Shown piece after piece: positions 10,391 through 20,930 of a DNA stretch of 64,000 bases. Numbering within the stretch: position 1 is the first letter of the stretch; each line of letters begins with the position of its first letter. The DNA is from Gammaproteobacteria bacterium (GTDB taxonomy: Bacteria; Pseudomonadota; Gammaproteobacteria; Steroidobacterales; UBA11654). The translations under genes and the position numbers were made by a program. Location: NCBI GenBank assembly GCA_029242945.1, contig JAQWSZ010000017.1, forward strand, positions 14,970 to 78,969, given 5' to 3'. Below the pieces are notes generated by a model that saw nothing but the letters and a program-made list of their open reading frames with translations, was not told the DNA's origin and did no database searches.

Positions 10391-11884
10391 ATGGGTAAAC
10401 CAACAGGATTTATGGAGTTTCCTAGGCTAAAAAGGAAATGGAGAGATGCATCTGAGAGAAGCCTCGATTATTATGAAATTTATACTCCACCACAAAAAGA
10501 TAAATTAAAATTACAAGGCGCTCGATGCATGAATTGTGGCGTTCCATTTTGTGAATCAGATCATGGTTGTCCCATCGATAATCTGATTCCTGAATGGAAT
10601 GATTTGGTGTATAAAGGGCGTTGGCAAGAAGCATTACAGCGATTGTCAAAAACTAATAATTTTCCAGAATTCACAGGCCGAGTATGTCCAGCTCCATGCG
10701 AAGGTGCTTGCGTTCTCGGTATTAATGAGCCAGCAGTAACAATTAAAGATATTGAAAACTCAATAGTCGATATTGGTTTTGAAGAAGGCTGGATAAGACC
10801 TAATATCCCTGATAAAAGAACAGGCAAATCTATTGCTATTATAGGCTCAGGACCAACGGGACTAACTGCTGCAGATCAGCTCAATGGTGTTGGACATTCT
10901 GTCACTGTATTTGAAAGAGAAGATCGTATTGGAGGTTTGCTTATGTATGGCATCCCTAATATGAAGTTATCTAAAAGTTTGGTTAACAGGAGAATAAGAC
11001 TTTTGGAGGGTTCAGGTATTGTTTTTATGACCAATACCAATATAGGTGTTGATTTAGAATCTGAGAAACTCCTCCAATCATTTGATGCCGTTTTGGTCGC
11101 TACTGGCTCTACTATACCAAGAGATCTAGAAATACCTGGAAGAGATAGCAAGAACATTTATTTTGCTATGGATTTTCTAACACAGAATACCAAAAGCCTT
11201 TTAAACAGCTCTCTTACTGATGATAATTATATTAATGCAAAAGATAAAAATGTCATTGTAATTGGGGGTGGAGATACTGGCACAGATTGCATTGCCACAG
11301 CTATTAGGCATGGTTGTAAAAGTCTGATAAATATAGAGTTGCTTGACCAATCTCCGATAGAAAGAGATTCGATTAATCCATGGCCATTATGGCCTTTAAT
11401 ACATAGGACTGATTATGGACATGAAGAAGCGATAAAGCGCTTTGGTGATGACCCAAGAGAATATGCAACCTTAAGCCAAGAATTTACCTTTGATAATAAA
11501 CATAATGTCACTGGTTTAAAAACAAACGAAGTAGAGTGGGAAAAAAATAATGGGAACTTCAAAATGAATATTGTTGAGGGTAAAACAAAATATTGGGAGG
11601 CAGATTTGGTATTTTTGGCTCTTGGTTTCATTGGACCCGATCAAAAAGTGATCAAAGAAATGGGGATTAATTTGGATGAGAGAGGTAATATTTCTGCAAC
11701 CCATGGTTCATTTGAAACCAACAAAGAAGGAATTTTTGCAGCAGGCGACTGTAGACGGGGGCAATCTTTAGTGGTGTGGGCTATGAATGAAGGTAGAGGA
11801 GCTGCTTTATCTATAGATCGTTATCTTCAAGGCACCAGCAGCTTATCCGCGCCAACAATCAAACTTGGTTCTGAAGATAACTAA
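10391..11884 (+). CDS. gltD: glutamate synthase small subunit
   Basis: MGKPTGF start (ATG 10391), RCMNCGVPFC, GRVCPAPCEGAC, GGGDTGTDC and AAGDCRRGQSLVVWA. Follows gltB. Confidence 0.97.
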   Translation: MGKPTGFMEFPRLKRKWRDASERSLDYYEIYTPPQKDKLKLQGARCMNCGVPFCESDHGCPIDNLIPEWNDLVYKGRWQEALQRLSKTNNFPEFTGRVCPAPCEGACVLGINEPAVTIKDIENSIVDIGFEEGWIRPNIPDKRTGKSIAIIGSGPTGLTAADQLNGVGHSVTVFEREDRIGGLLMYGIPNMKLSKSLVNRRIRLLEGSGIVFMTNTNIGVDLESEKLLQSFDAVLVATGSTIPRDLEIPGRDSKNIYFAMDFLTQNTKSLLNSSLTDDNYINAKDKNVIVIGGGDTGTDCIATAIRHGCKSLINIELLDQSPIERDSINPWPLWPLIHRTDYGHEEAIKRFGDDPREYATLSQEFTFDNKHNVTGLKTNEVEWEKNNGNFKMNIVEGKTKYWEADLVFLALGFIGPDQKVIKEMGINLDERGNISATHGSFETNKEGIFAAGDCRRGQSLVVWAMNEGRGAALSIDRYLQGTSSLSAPTIKLGSEDN

Positions 11885-11889
11885 TATGT

Positions 11890-12564
11890 CTAAAGGAGTT
11901 CAAAGGTAAATTTTTGTATCTTATGGCCTAATTTTAAACCTCTTTTTTCAAATTTTGTTTTCATACTAAGGTTAAAATTAGTTTTCTTAAAACAACCATT
12001 CTCGTTGAACTCATGGATGATTTGTTCTGCATAATCAGTCCAATCAGTAGCTATATTAATGCACCCACCTTTCTTTAATTTTTGTTGCATTAGAAGAATA
12101 AAATTCTTATCAATCAACCTCCTTTTATGATGCCTTTTTTTTGGCCAAGGGTCAGGAAAAAAGATATTAATTTGATCAATTATTTGATCATTGAGATTAT
12201 TGTTTAAAACTTTCTTTGCATCTTCATTAATTAATTTTACATTGGTTAGTCTTTTATCTGATAGATTGATTAAGCATTGTCCAATGCCTGATTCATAAAC
12301 TTCAATACCTATGAAATTACTACCTGGGTATTGTAGAGCGTTATCAATTAAGATTTCTCCATTGCCAAAACCAATTTCAATTATTAGTTTTTTATTGGAA
12401 TTATTAAAAATTTCATCTGCATTAAAAATGTCTTTTGTATTTTTAATTCCAAATAATCGCCAATATTTTTCCCAAGCATTTTTTTGCCCAGAGGTTATTC
12501 TTCCAGCTCTTCGGACGTAGCTTGTGATTTCTCTTTTATGATTAAGCTTGGGTGAAGGATTCAC
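11890..12564 (-). CDS. trmB: tRNA (guanine-N7)-methyltransferase
   Basis: EIGFGNG, FFPDPWPKKRHHKRR, ATDW and TKFEKRG motifs. Confidence 0.96.
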   Translation of the reverse strand: MNPSPKLNHKREITSYVRRAGRITSGQKNAWEKYWRLFGIKNTKDIFNADEIFNNSNKKLIIEIGFGNGEILIDNALQYPGSNFIGIEVYESGIGQCLINLSDKRLTNVKLINEDAKKVLNNNLNDQIIDQINIFFPDPWPKKRHHKRRLIDKNFILLMQQKLKKGGCINIATDWTDYAEQIIHEFNENGCFKKTNFNLSMKTKFEKRGLKLGHKIQKFTFELL

Positions 12565-13399
12565 GAAGCTTTATAATCGCATTCTCTTCTATCTGCCTTA
12601 CTCTTTCTAAGGAGATGTTATATTTTTTAGCCAATGCTTTTAGCGTTAGTTTATCATCGCTCAACCATCGAGCAGTGAGAATTTCTTTGCTTCTTATATC
12701 TAGTTTTTCCATAGCTTGAGCTAGCAGTTCTGTATTTTGTTCAAGCCAGTTGTAGCTTTCAATCGTTTCAGCAGGATCAGAATCAGGTGCAGGCAGGAAA
12801 CCTGATGGCGAGATAAAATCATCTTCAGTATCTTTACCATCAAAAGCCATATCTTTAGAGGCGAACCTTTGTTCCATAGTGGATACTTCTTTGGGCTTTA
12901 CACCAAGATCTCTCGCTATAGATTCTGTTTCTTGTTGTGTTAACCACCCCAAGTTCTTTTTTGATTTTCTCAAATTAAAGAATAATTTTCTTTGTGCTTT
13001 GGTAGTAGCAACCTTAACTAGTTTCCAATTGCTAAAAATAAACTCATGAATTTCTGCTCTTATCCAATGAACAGCATAAGTAACCAATCTGACACCACGA
13101 TCAGCATCAAATTTTTTCACAGCTTTCATGAGTCCAATATTGCCTTCTTGTATAAGATCAGCAAGGGATAAACCATAACCATTGTAGCTTCTAGCAATAT
13201 GTACTACAAAACGGAGTTGTGACATGATAAGTTTTCTCGCAGCATCCAGATCATTATGATGTTGATATCGATAAGCGAGTTCTCTTTCTTCATCTCTTGA
13301 GAGAAGAGGAGCTTGGTTAACAATACCAATATAAGCTTCCAGGCTCCCCATTGGACCTGCTAGCATCAGTTCATTTTTTAATGTTAGTTCTGTAGTCAT
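12542..13399 (-). CDS. rpoH: RNA polymerase sigma factor RpoH (sigma-32)
   Basis: RpoH box QRKLFFNLR, DLIQEGNIGLMKAV and ERVRQIE. Confidence 0.97.
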   Translation of the reverse strand: MTTELTLKNELMLAGPMGSLEAYIGIVNQAPLLSRDEERELAYRYQHHNDLDAARKLIMSQLRFVVHIARSYNGYGLSLADLIQEGNIGLMKAVKKFDADRGVRLVTYAVHWIRAEIHEFIFSNWKLVKVATTKAQRKLFFNLRKSKKNLGWLTQQETESIARDLGVKPKEVSTMEQRFASKDMAFDGKDTEDDFISPSGFLPAPDSDPAETIESYNWLEQNTELLAQAMEKLDIRSKEILTARWLSDDKLTLKALAKKYNISLERVRQIEENAIIKLRESFTQA

Positions 13400-13423
13400 A
13401 ATTTCTTAAAATACAAGATAATT

Positions 13424-13450
13424 TTAGCACTCTTGTACCTAGAGTGCTAA
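13424..13450. promoter_or_regulatory. CIRCE element (HrcA operator) upstream of rpoH
   Basis: Exact TTAGCACTC-ttgtaccta-GAGTGCTAA (9-nt spacer), 24 nt upstream of the rpoH ATG. Confidence 0.93.
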
Positions 13451-13562
13451 AAATAATGATAAAAAATGATAAAACATCCTATAAATCAATAATTTATGAA
13501 TTATAGAAGAATCAAAAATATTAAGTTATTTAGTATAAAAATGCGCTATATAATAGAATGGT

Positions 13563-14123
13563 ATGAATAAGTCTAAAACAATTAGAATCATAGGTGGATC
13601 ACTTAAAAATAGCAAAATCAGGATAGTCGAAGAAGGGATCAAGCCAACGACTGACAGGGTTCGGGTCACATTGTTTAATTGGTTGCATGCACGGATTGCC
13701 AATAAGAGAGTGTTAGATTTATTTGCAGGGTCAGGTATTTTAGGTCTCGAGGCATTATCTAGAGACTCAGAAGAAGTTATATTTATTGAGAGATCTAAAA
13801 AAGCTAGCATGGCACTTGATCAACAGCTGGCTAAGTTTCAAATCGATAATTATAAAAATAAGCAAGTGGATGCAATTCAGTTTCTTAAGCAGAAAAATAA
13901 AGAAGCTAGATTTGATATTATTTTTTTAGATCCGCCTTATGGGAGTTATGCAATTAATGAAATCTTAAGTTTGATTATCATAAATAATTGGATCGTAAAA
14001 AAAGGCTATGTGTTCTATGAATCAAATGTTCCTTTAGACTTAAAGGTAGTTGAACCTTTATGGAACATATATAGAAAATCAAAAGCTGGAAAGGTATATT
14101 ATTATCTACTTTGTTGTAATTAG
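13563..14123 (+). CDS. rsmD: 16S rRNA m2G966 methyltransferase
   Basis: IRIIGG, PTTDRVRVTLFNWL, LDLFAGSGILGLEALSR and FLDPPY. Confidence 0.95.
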   Translation: MNKSKTIRIIGGSLKNSKIRIVEEGIKPTTDRVRVTLFNWLHARIANKRVLDLFAGSGILGLEALSRDSEEVIFIERSKKASMALDQQLAKFQIDNYKNKQVDAIQFLKQKNKEARFDIIFLDPPYGSYAINEILSLIIINNWIVKKGYVFYESNVPLDLKVVEPLWNIYRKSKAGKVYYYLLCCN

Positions 14124-14142
14124 TTATTAAAAGGAGAGAAAA

Positions 14143-14619
14143 ATGATCGCAGTGTATCCGGGTACTTTTGATCCAATTACCAATGGTCATTTTGAGATTA
14201 TCAGAAGGGCCTCAACACTCTTCGAGACTTTATTGGTTGCAGTTGCTTCTAGTCCAGAAAAAAGTCCACTATTTGATATTGATGAAAGATTGAACATGGT
14301 GAATGAAGTTTTAAATGCTTTTAGCAACATTGAGGTACAAAAGTACAGCGGGTTAACAATCAATTTTGCTAAACAATCAGATGCACATGTTATTGTTCGT
14401 GGCTTAAGATCGCCTGCTGATGGTCAGTATGAGTTTGAGCTTGCAAGCATGAATAAAAGATTGGCAGATGATATTGAAACTATATTTCTAAGTAGCGGCG
14501 ATCAAAATGCCTTTATATCTTCCTCCTTGATCAGGCAGATCGCCCAAGAAGGGGGAGACATTACTGGTTTTGTTCACCCCATCGTTCAGAGCGCATTAAA
14601 TAAAAAATATGGCAAATAA
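14143..14619 (+). CDS. coaD: pantetheine-phosphate adenylyltransferase
   Basis: YPGTFDPITNGH, VRGLR and ISSSL. Confidence 0.97.
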   Translation: MIAVYPGTFDPITNGHFEIIRRASTLFETLLVAVASSPEKSPLFDIDERLNMVNEVLNAFSNIEVQKYSGLTINFAKQSDAHVIVRGLRSPADGQYEFELASMNKRLADDIETIFLSSGDQNAFISSSLIRQIAQEGGDITGFVHPIVQSALNKKYGK

Positions 14620-14623
14620 TTAG

Positions 14624-16321
14624 ATGTTTAGAATCATTAATCACCTCAAATATTTCATCATTTTATCTCATGTTATTTCTTGGACCGCTTCTGCTGACAG
14701 TATCGCACCGGTTCATCCAGCAATTGCATCAGCACATCCTCTAGCAACTCAAGCTGGCTATGATATTTTAAGCCAAGGAGGCAATGCTTTTGATGCAGCT
14801 GTTGCAGTCAGCGCTGCTTTATCAGTGGTAGAGCCTTATAGCTCTGGTATTGGTGGAGGAGCCTTTTTCCTTCTGCATCGAGCATCTGATAGTTTTGAGG
14901 TTTTTGTTGATGCTAGAGAGAAGGCACCCGGAAAATCTGATTCAGATATGTATCTAGACGAAAATAGCAACGTCGTGCCTAGAGTGTCCCTTGATGGTGC
15001 ATTAGCAGCTGGCATACCAGGTTTAGCTGCAGGCTTAACACATGTTTCAGAGAAATATGGAGTATTGCCACTTGATCAAGTCTTAGCTCCCGCTATTTCA
15101 TTAGCAGAGAATGGATTTTCTGTTTATGAGAGATTCAATACAGCCTTGAAGGTTGCTATTGCAATAGATGTAATGTCACCAAAATTTTTAGAGACTTTTA
15201 CTATTGATGGTGAAACCCCTAAGGTTGGAACATTGATAAAGCAGCCCGAGCTTGCCACTACATTGAGAGTCATTGCTAGGCAAGGACATGATGGTTTTTA
15301 TAAGAGTCAATTCACTCGTACTATGGTTGAAGAATCCAACAAGAATGGATCTATATGGACCACAGATGATTTTGCAAATTATTCGATTGTGGAAAGAAAA
15401 CCTCTTAAGGTGCAGTTTTCTGACTATCAGTTAACTCTAGCTCCGCCTCCTTCATCAGGAGGAACCACAATTGCAACAATCTTAAATATTATCTCAGAAT
15501 ATAATTATAGAGATATGAATACAGATGCATTTGTTCATTTGATCACGGAGGCAATGAGAAGAGCCTATAAGGATCGATCAGAATTTCTAGGCGACCCTGA
15601 TTTTGTAGAAGTTCCAACTTTAAAACTCATTAGTCACAATAATGCAATTAAGCATTCTTCTTCTATCAACTTAGATCGAGCTACGCCGAGCAAACAGATG
15701 GGAGAAAATGATGGAAAAGATTCTAAAGAAAAAGGTACTGAGACAACTCATTTTTCTATTTTAGACAAAGATGGTAACCGAGTGGCTACCACCCAAACAA
15801 TTAATACCTGGTTTGGTTCAGGTTATATGCTTCCATCTGCAGGATTTATTTTAAACAATGAAATGGATGATTTTTCTGCTAAAGCTTTTGCTCCCAATAG
15901 ATATGGCTTGGTCCATGGTGAAGCTAATTCGATAGAGCCAAACAAAAGAATGCTTTCAAGTATGAGCCCTACTTTTATTGAATCCAATGATGATCTTGCT
16001 ATTTTAGGGACACCTGGAGGCTCAAAAATTATTACGATGGTGTTGTTGTCTTTAATTTCATGGACGGAGGGAGCTGATGCCAACCAAATGACATCTGGAA
16101 AAAGATTCCATCATCAGTATTTACCAGATGAAATTCATCATGAGAAAGATGCTTTCAGTCAGGAAGTTATTAATAGTCTTTTATCTAAGGGCCATTCTTT
16201 GAAAGAAATTGGTGATTATGGAAATATGCAGGTTGTCACGTATAAAAAATCTGATGGCTCAGTAAAAGCATCATCGGACCCAAGAGCATTAATTGGTAAT
16301 TCAGAAATAGATTTTTACTAG
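14624..16321 (+). CDS. ggt: gamma-glutamyltransferase
   Basis: GGNAFDAAVA, nucleophile motif ETTHFS, LNNEMDDF, SSMSPT and GTPGGS. N-terminal signal peptide. Confidence 0.95.
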   Translation: MFRIINHLKYFIILSHVISWTASADSIAPVHPAIASAHPLATQAGYDILSQGGNAFDAAVAVSAALSVVEPYSSGIGGGAFFLLHRASDSFEVFVDAREKAPGKSDSDMYLDENSNVVPRVSLDGALAAGIPGLAAGLTHVSEKYGVLPLDQVLAPAISLAENGFSVYERFNTALKVAIAIDVMSPKFLETFTIDGETPKVGTLIKQPELATTLRVIARQGHDGFYKSQFTRTMVEESNKNGSIWTTDDFANYSIVERKPLKVQFSDYQLTLAPPPSSGGTTIATILNIISEYNYRDMNTDAFVHLITEAMRRAYKDRSEFLGDPDFVEVPTLKLISHNNAIKHSSSINLDRATPSKQMGENDGKDSKEKGTETTHFSILDKDGNRVATTQTINTWFGSGYMLPSAGFILNNEMDDFSAKAFAPNRYGLVHGEANSIEPNKRMLSSMSPTFIESNDDLAILGTPGGSKIITMVLLSLISWTEGADANQMTSGKRFHHQYLPDEIHHEKDAFSQEVINSLLSKGHSLKEIGDYGNMQVVTYKKSDGSVKASSDPRALIGNSEIDFY

Positions 16322-16325
16322 TGCT

Positions 16326-17147
16326 TTAATGCTGACATTGAACACAATAGAAAGTGCTTCTACCTAATTGAATGATTCTTTTAATGGTTCCATCGCAGCG
16401 CTTACATTTTTTGTTTTCTCTATCATATACAAACAAACTTTGCTTAAAGTAGCCAACCTTTTTTTCTTGATAGGTAAAGGAGAAATCTCGTAGGGAAGTC
16501 CCACCCTGCTTGATGGAGTTTTGTAAGACTTTTTTTATTGATTGAGATAAAACAATGTATCTATTTTTAGAAATATTTTTTGCCATTCTTTTGGGGCTAA
16601 TACCGCTGATGAACAGTGATTCATTGGCATAAATATTTCCTACACCCACAACAATAGAGGCATTCATAATAAAGGATTTAATGGAAGTCTGTCTGTTACG
16701 GCTAATTTGATATAAATAACTTCCAGTAAATTCTTGCTCTAAAGGTTCCAGACCTAAATGTGAGATTAATCTATGGTTTTCTGGTGTTTTACCTGCCCAT
16801 TCAAAGCAGCCAAACCTCCTAGGATCATTGAATCTAATTATTTTTTGATTTTGCAGCTGAATATCAAAATGGTCGTGTTTTTCTGGAGCACTGTTTCGAT
16901 CCAAGACACCTAAACTACCCGACATACCTAAATGAATCATGGCAGTACCTGACTCACTATTGATAAATATATACTTTCCTCTTCTAGACAGAGAAATAAC
17001 TTTTTTATTTTCTAGTTTTTTTAATAAGCAGTAATTAATGGGCCACCTGAGACGATGATTCCTAATAATTATTTTCTTGATTATTTCGTCTACTATATGA
17101 GGCTCTAAAGCTCTTTTAGTTACTTCAACTTCAGGCAGTTCTGGCAT
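16326..17147 (-). CDS. mutM: formamidopyrimidine-DNA glycosylase
   Basis: MPELPEVE, HLGMSG, GVGNIYANE and a C-terminal CxxC...CxxCQ zinc finger. Confidence 0.97.
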   Translation of the reverse strand: MPELPEVEVTKRALEPHIVDEIIKKIIIRNHRLRWPINYCLLKKLENKKVISLSRRGKYIFINSESGTAMIHLGMSGSLGVLDRNSAPEKHDHFDIQLQNQKIIRFNDPRRFGCFEWAGKTPENHRLISHLGLEPLEQEFTGSYLYQISRNRQTSIKSFIMNASIVVGVGNIYANESLFISGISPKRMAKNISKNRYIVLSQSIKKVLQNSIKQGGTSLRDFSFTYQEKKVGYFKQSLFVYDRENKKCKRCDGTIKRIIQLGRSTFYCVQCQH

Positions 17148-17183
17148 ATTGATAATTATGCCTATAATTTGAAGAGAGTTGAA

Positions 17184-17339
17184 TTATTTGATCTTAGATT
17201 CTTTATAAAGAACATGTTTTCTAATAGTTGGATCAAATTTTTTAGTTTCCATTTTATCAGGATGTTCTTTCTTATTTTTGGTCGTTGTATAGTAATGACC
17301 TGTCTTTGCTGATGAGACGAGTTTTATTTTTTCGCGCAT
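17184..17339 (-). CDS. rpmG: 50S ribosomal protein L33
   Basis: Not in the ORF track. Reads [51 protein letters not shown] (51 aa). ATG overlaps the rpmB stop (TAATG). Confidence 0.96.
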   Translation of the reverse strand: MREKIKLVSSAKTGHYYTTTKNKKEHPDKMETKKFDPTIRKHVLYKESKIK

Positions 17340-17575
17340 TATCCTTTCTCCCCAAATTCTTTTAGGTTTGAGAGTACATGATCAATACCTAATTTATCTA
17401 TGGTTCTAAGTCCTTTTTTTGTTATTCGTAATTTTACAAATTTATTTTGACTCTCAACCCAAATACGATGCGTATGTAGGTTTGGAAAAAACTTTCTCCG
17501 AGTCCTATTATTCGCATGCGAAACGTTGTTACCGCTTGATGTTTTCTTGCCTGTGACTTGACATACTTTAGACAT
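17339..17575 (-). CDS. rpmB: 50S ribosomal protein L28
   Basis: [10 protein letters not shown]...[19 protein letters not shown]. Start set at ATG 17575. Confidence 0.97.
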   Translation of the reverse strand: MSKVCQVTGKKTSSGNNVSHANNRTRRKFFPNLHTHRIWVESQNKFVKLRITKKGLRTIDKLGIDHVLSNLKEFGEKG

Positions 17576-17712
17576 TTCTCTTGCTTCCATGAAAAATTTG
17601 ATTCTAGGACAGGTTTTATACCAAGAGAAGGTTAACATAGCAACCCCTGTTGAAAAAAAGATTGTTTATATGTTTCTAGAGAGATTAAGATAAAAATATT
17701 AAAATAATACCT

Positions 17713-18171
17713 ATGAAAAAAACTATCGACTTAAAAGTTCTTGATTCTAGGATCAGTAAAGAATTTAATTTACCTGAATATCAAACAGCTGGATCAGCTG
17801 GAATCGACTTGCAGGCATGTATTGACAAGAGTATTGAGCTAAAACCAGGTATGACAGAACTAATACCCAGTGGAATAGCAATTCATATTAATGACCACAG
17901 TCTTGCGGCTGTTTTATTGCCACGATCTGGACTAGGACATAAAAAAGGATTGGTTCTGGGAAATCTTGTTGGATTAATTGATTCAGATTACCAAGGCCAG
18001 ATTTATATTTCATGTTGGAACCGTGGCAAAGAAACAATACTTATAGAGCCGGGTTTACGATTAGCTCAAATGGTTTTCATTCCTGTTGAACAAGTTCAGT
18101 TTAGAGTGGTTGAAGAGTTTGATGAATCGGAGAGAGGCGATGGAGGTTTTGGCCATACTGGAAAATCCTAA
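17713..18171 (+). CDS. dut: dUTP diphosphatase
   Basis: [20 protein letters not shown] and [10 protein letters not shown] motifs. Confidence 0.97.
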   Translation: MKKTIDLKVLDSRISKEFNLPEYQTAGSAGIDLQACIDKSIELKPGMTELIPSGIAIHINDHSLAAVLLPRSGLGHKKGLVLGNLVGLIDSDYQGQIYISCWNRGKETILIEPGLRLAQMVFIPVEQVQFRVVEEFDESERGDGGFGHTGKS

Positions 18172-18818
18172 GCATTAATTCCATACTGCTCTCGATAATT
18201 ACGAATTTGATCTAAAAACTTATTAAGTTCTCCACCATCATCAATAATGTATTCAATAATATCATTCAATGTCACGATTGATATAACGGGGACATTAAGC
18301 GTTTGCGATACTTCCTCTACAGCTGATAGCTCTCCTTGGCCTTTTTCTTGTCTGTCTAGTGAAATCAATATTCCTACCACTTCGCCATTAAGTTCTGAAA
18401 TCAAATTACTGGCTTCATGTATAGCAGTTCCTGCTGTAATCACATCATCAACAATCAGTACTTTTCCTTCAATTGGAGCCCCAACAAGCTGACCTTTTTC
18501 TCCATGATCTTTTGTTTCTTTTCTATTAAATGTGAAAGGTTTATTTATGTTATGGTTTTTCGACAAGGAGCTAGCTAGAGATGTCACAATTGGAATGCCT
18601 TTATAGGCAGGACCAAATAATAAATCAAAGTTTTTTTCTTTGTTTACCAATGCTTGGGCATAAAAATCCCCAAGTTTTGCAATAGTGCTTCCTGTGTTAA
18701 AGAGACCCATATTAAAAAAATAAGGACTTATTCTTCCTGACTTCAGTTCAAATTCACCAAACTTAAGCACACCTTGATTCAGTGAAAATTTAATAAATTC
18801 TTGTTTGTAGTTTTCCAT
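18168..18818 (-). CDS. pyrE: orotate phosphoribosyltransferase
   Basis: [31 protein letters not shown] and VDDVITAGT. Confidence 0.97.
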   Translation of the reverse strand: MENYKQEFIKFSLNQGVLKFGEFELKSGRISPYFFNMGLFNTGSTIAKLGDFYAQALVNKEKNFDLLFGPAYKGIPIVTSLASSLSKNHNINKPFTFNRKETKDHGEKGQLVGAPIEGKVLIVDDVITAGTAIHEASNLISELNGEVVGILISLDRQEKGQGELSAVEEVSQTLNVPVISIVTLNDIIEYIIDDGGELNKFLDQIRNYREQYGINA

Positions 18819-18875
18819 TCGATATAAACTTAAATAGTGTATAAATAGTTTACCACTACATAGATATTTTTAGTT

Positions 18876-19649
18876 ATGAAGATTATCACTTTGAATGTTA
18901 ATGGCATCAGAGCCTCTGCAAAAAAAGGCCTATTTGATTGGTTTAAGAAAGAAGATCCTGACTTAATTTGCCTACAAGAGGTGAGAGCACAGTTGGGGGA
19001 TATTCAGGACACTATTTTTTGGCCCGAGGCATACCAGTGCTTTCATCATACCGCAGAGAAAAAAGGCTATAGTGGTGTTGCAATATTTTCAAAAAAGAAA
19101 CCCAATAAAATCATAGAAGGATTAGGTTCAAAAGAATTTGACCGTGAAGGGAGGTATATTGAATGCAGTTTTGATAACTTTAATATTGCTTCTGTTTATT
19201 TTCCCTCTGGTACCACGGGCACAATAAGACAAGATCTGAAATATCAATTTTTGGATGAATTTAGCGATTTACTAAAGAAAAAAATCAATAGTAAAAGGCC
19301 TTATATATTTTGTGGTGATATCAATATTGTTCATAAAGAAATAGATATAAAAAACTGGAAAGCCAACCAGAAGAATTCTGGTTGCTTGCCTAAAGAGCGA
19401 GCCTGGCTAGATTTTATTTTTGATGATTTGTCTTGTATTGATAGTTTTCGTACAGTCAATCAAAATGATCATGAATATACTTGGTGGTCTAATAGAGGTA
19501 AAGCCTATCAAAATAATGTTGGGTGGCGTATTGATTATCAGATTCTAACAAGTCATTTTGAACGAAGTATTCTGGATTCTTATGTTTATAAAGATCAAAG
19601 GTTCTCCGATCATGCTCCCTTAGTTAATCAGTACGATTATGAATTCTAG
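18876..19649 (+). CDS. xth: exodeoxyribonuclease III / AP endonuclease
   Basis: NVNGIRA, CLQE, GYSGVA, GDINIVH, GWRIDY and SDHAP catalytic motifs intact. Confidence 0.88.
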   Translation: MKIITLNVNGIRASAKKGLFDWFKKEDPDLICLQEVRAQLGDIQDTIFWPEAYQCFHHTAEKKGYSGVAIFSKKKPNKIIEGLGSKEFDREGRYIECSFDNFNIASVYFPSGTTGTIRQDLKYQFLDEFSDLLKKKINSKRPYIFCGDINIVHKEIDIKNWKANQKNSGCLPKERAWLDFIFDDLSCIDSFRTVNQNDHEYTWWSNRGKAYQNNVGWRIDYQILTSHFERSILDSYVYKDQRFSDHAPLVNQYDYEF

Positions 19650-20916
19650 TAAGCAAGAATTGCAACAGTTAGGTCTAAAGGTCTATTTGAGGCCAGAAGT
19701 CATTCGTATGATTTTTTTAGGATTTTCTGCAGGGTTGCCTCACCCATTACTGTTTGCCAGTCTTTCTGCTTGGTTGGCTTCAGTTAAGATTAGTATGACC
19801 GACCTTACCATGTTTGCATGGGTGGGCATTATTTATGCAATTAAATTTTTATGGGCTCCCTTACTTGATAATGTGTCTATTAAATACTTATCACAAGTTA
19901 TGGGACAAAGAAGGTCATGGATAATTGTGACACAAACTATGATTTTTGTTGGTTTGCTTTTCATTCCTAATATAGATCCTCAAACTGAGCTTGGCCTTTT
20001 GGCAATTATAAGCGTAGGAATAGCAATTGCGTCAGCTAGTCAAGACATTGCTATTGATGCTTATCGGGTTGAAATTATAAGTAATAAATATCAAGGCGCT
20101 ATGGGTGCTAGTTATCAATTGGGGTATAGAATTTCGTATTTATTTTCTGCTGCAGGAGCTTTATATTTAGCTGATTATTATTCATGGAAAATTGCTTATC
20201 AAGCTTTAGCGCCTTTGATGATAGTTGGCATAATAACAGTGTTGTTAATCCCTGAGCCTTTCAAAAAAAAATCATTAGATAAAGAGGGATATTCATTTAG
20301 GAAGTCTATTGTAGAGCCATTCATGGAGTTTTTTCGAAGGAATGGCAGTTGGTCCTTGATGTTGATTATATTTATTGGGGTGTATCGTATGAGTGATTTA
20401 TTGGTTAATGTTGTTGCGAATCCTTTTTATATTGATATAGGTTTTGATTTGAGCGAAATTGCAACTATTACAAAGGTATTTGGTTTTGCAGTGACTGTTT
20501 TAGGAACATTTATTGGAGGGCTTTCGGTCGTCCGATATGGTATACCCAAGCCCTTAATTATAAGCAGTATTTTATTGGCATTTACCAACCTATTTTTTTT
20601 ATTACTCGAGAGTATGGGTCCCAATATTCAGATTTTAATTCTTACTATTAGTGCTGATAATTTTGCTCTAGGATTTTCTGGATCTATCTTTATAGCGTTT
20701 CTTTCTAGCCTTACAAATAGAAATTATGCTGCATCACAATATGCCTTGTTTACATCAATCATGTTTTTATTAGGGATTATACTGAGCGGTTTTTCAGGCC
20801 AACTTGTTGATAATTATGGTTGGTCTAATTTCTTTTTGTTGGCTGCCTTTATGGGCATCCCTTCAATACTATTTTCATTCATTATTGTAAGGAAGGGATG
20901 GCAAGAGCAGGACTAG
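19639..20916 (+). CDS. ampG: AmpG-family muropeptide MFS permease
   Basis: LGFSAGLP, KFLWAPLLD, RRSWI, SASQDIAIDAYR and QYALFTS. Confidence 0.88.
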   Translation: MNSSKQELQQLGLKVYLRPEVIRMIFLGFSAGLPHPLLFASLSAWLASVKISMTDLTMFAWVGIIYAIKFLWAPLLDNVSIKYLSQVMGQRRSWIIVTQTMIFVGLLFIPNIDPQTELGLLAIISVGIAIASASQDIAIDAYRVEIISNKYQGAMGASYQLGYRISYLFSAAGALYLADYYSWKIAYQALAPLMIVGIITVLLIPEPFKKKSLDKEGYSFRKSIVEPFMEFFRRNGSWSLMLIIFIGVYRMSDLLVNVVANPFYIDIGFDLSEIATITKVFGFAVTVLGTFIGGLSVVRYGIPKPLIISSILLAFTNLFFLLLESMGPNIQILILTISADNFALGFSGSIFIAFLSSLTNRNYAASQYALFTSIMFLLGIILSGFSGQLVDNYGWSNFFLLAAFMGIPSILFSFIIVRKGWQEQD

Positions 20917-20930
20917 AAAAAACAGATGAT

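Noticed and set aside
18876..19649. Possible Crc (catabolite repression control), given its position divergent from pyrE
   Set aside because: All ExoIII catalytic motifs look intact and the WWSNRG..NVGWRIDY segment fits an active AP endonuclease, so it was called xth.
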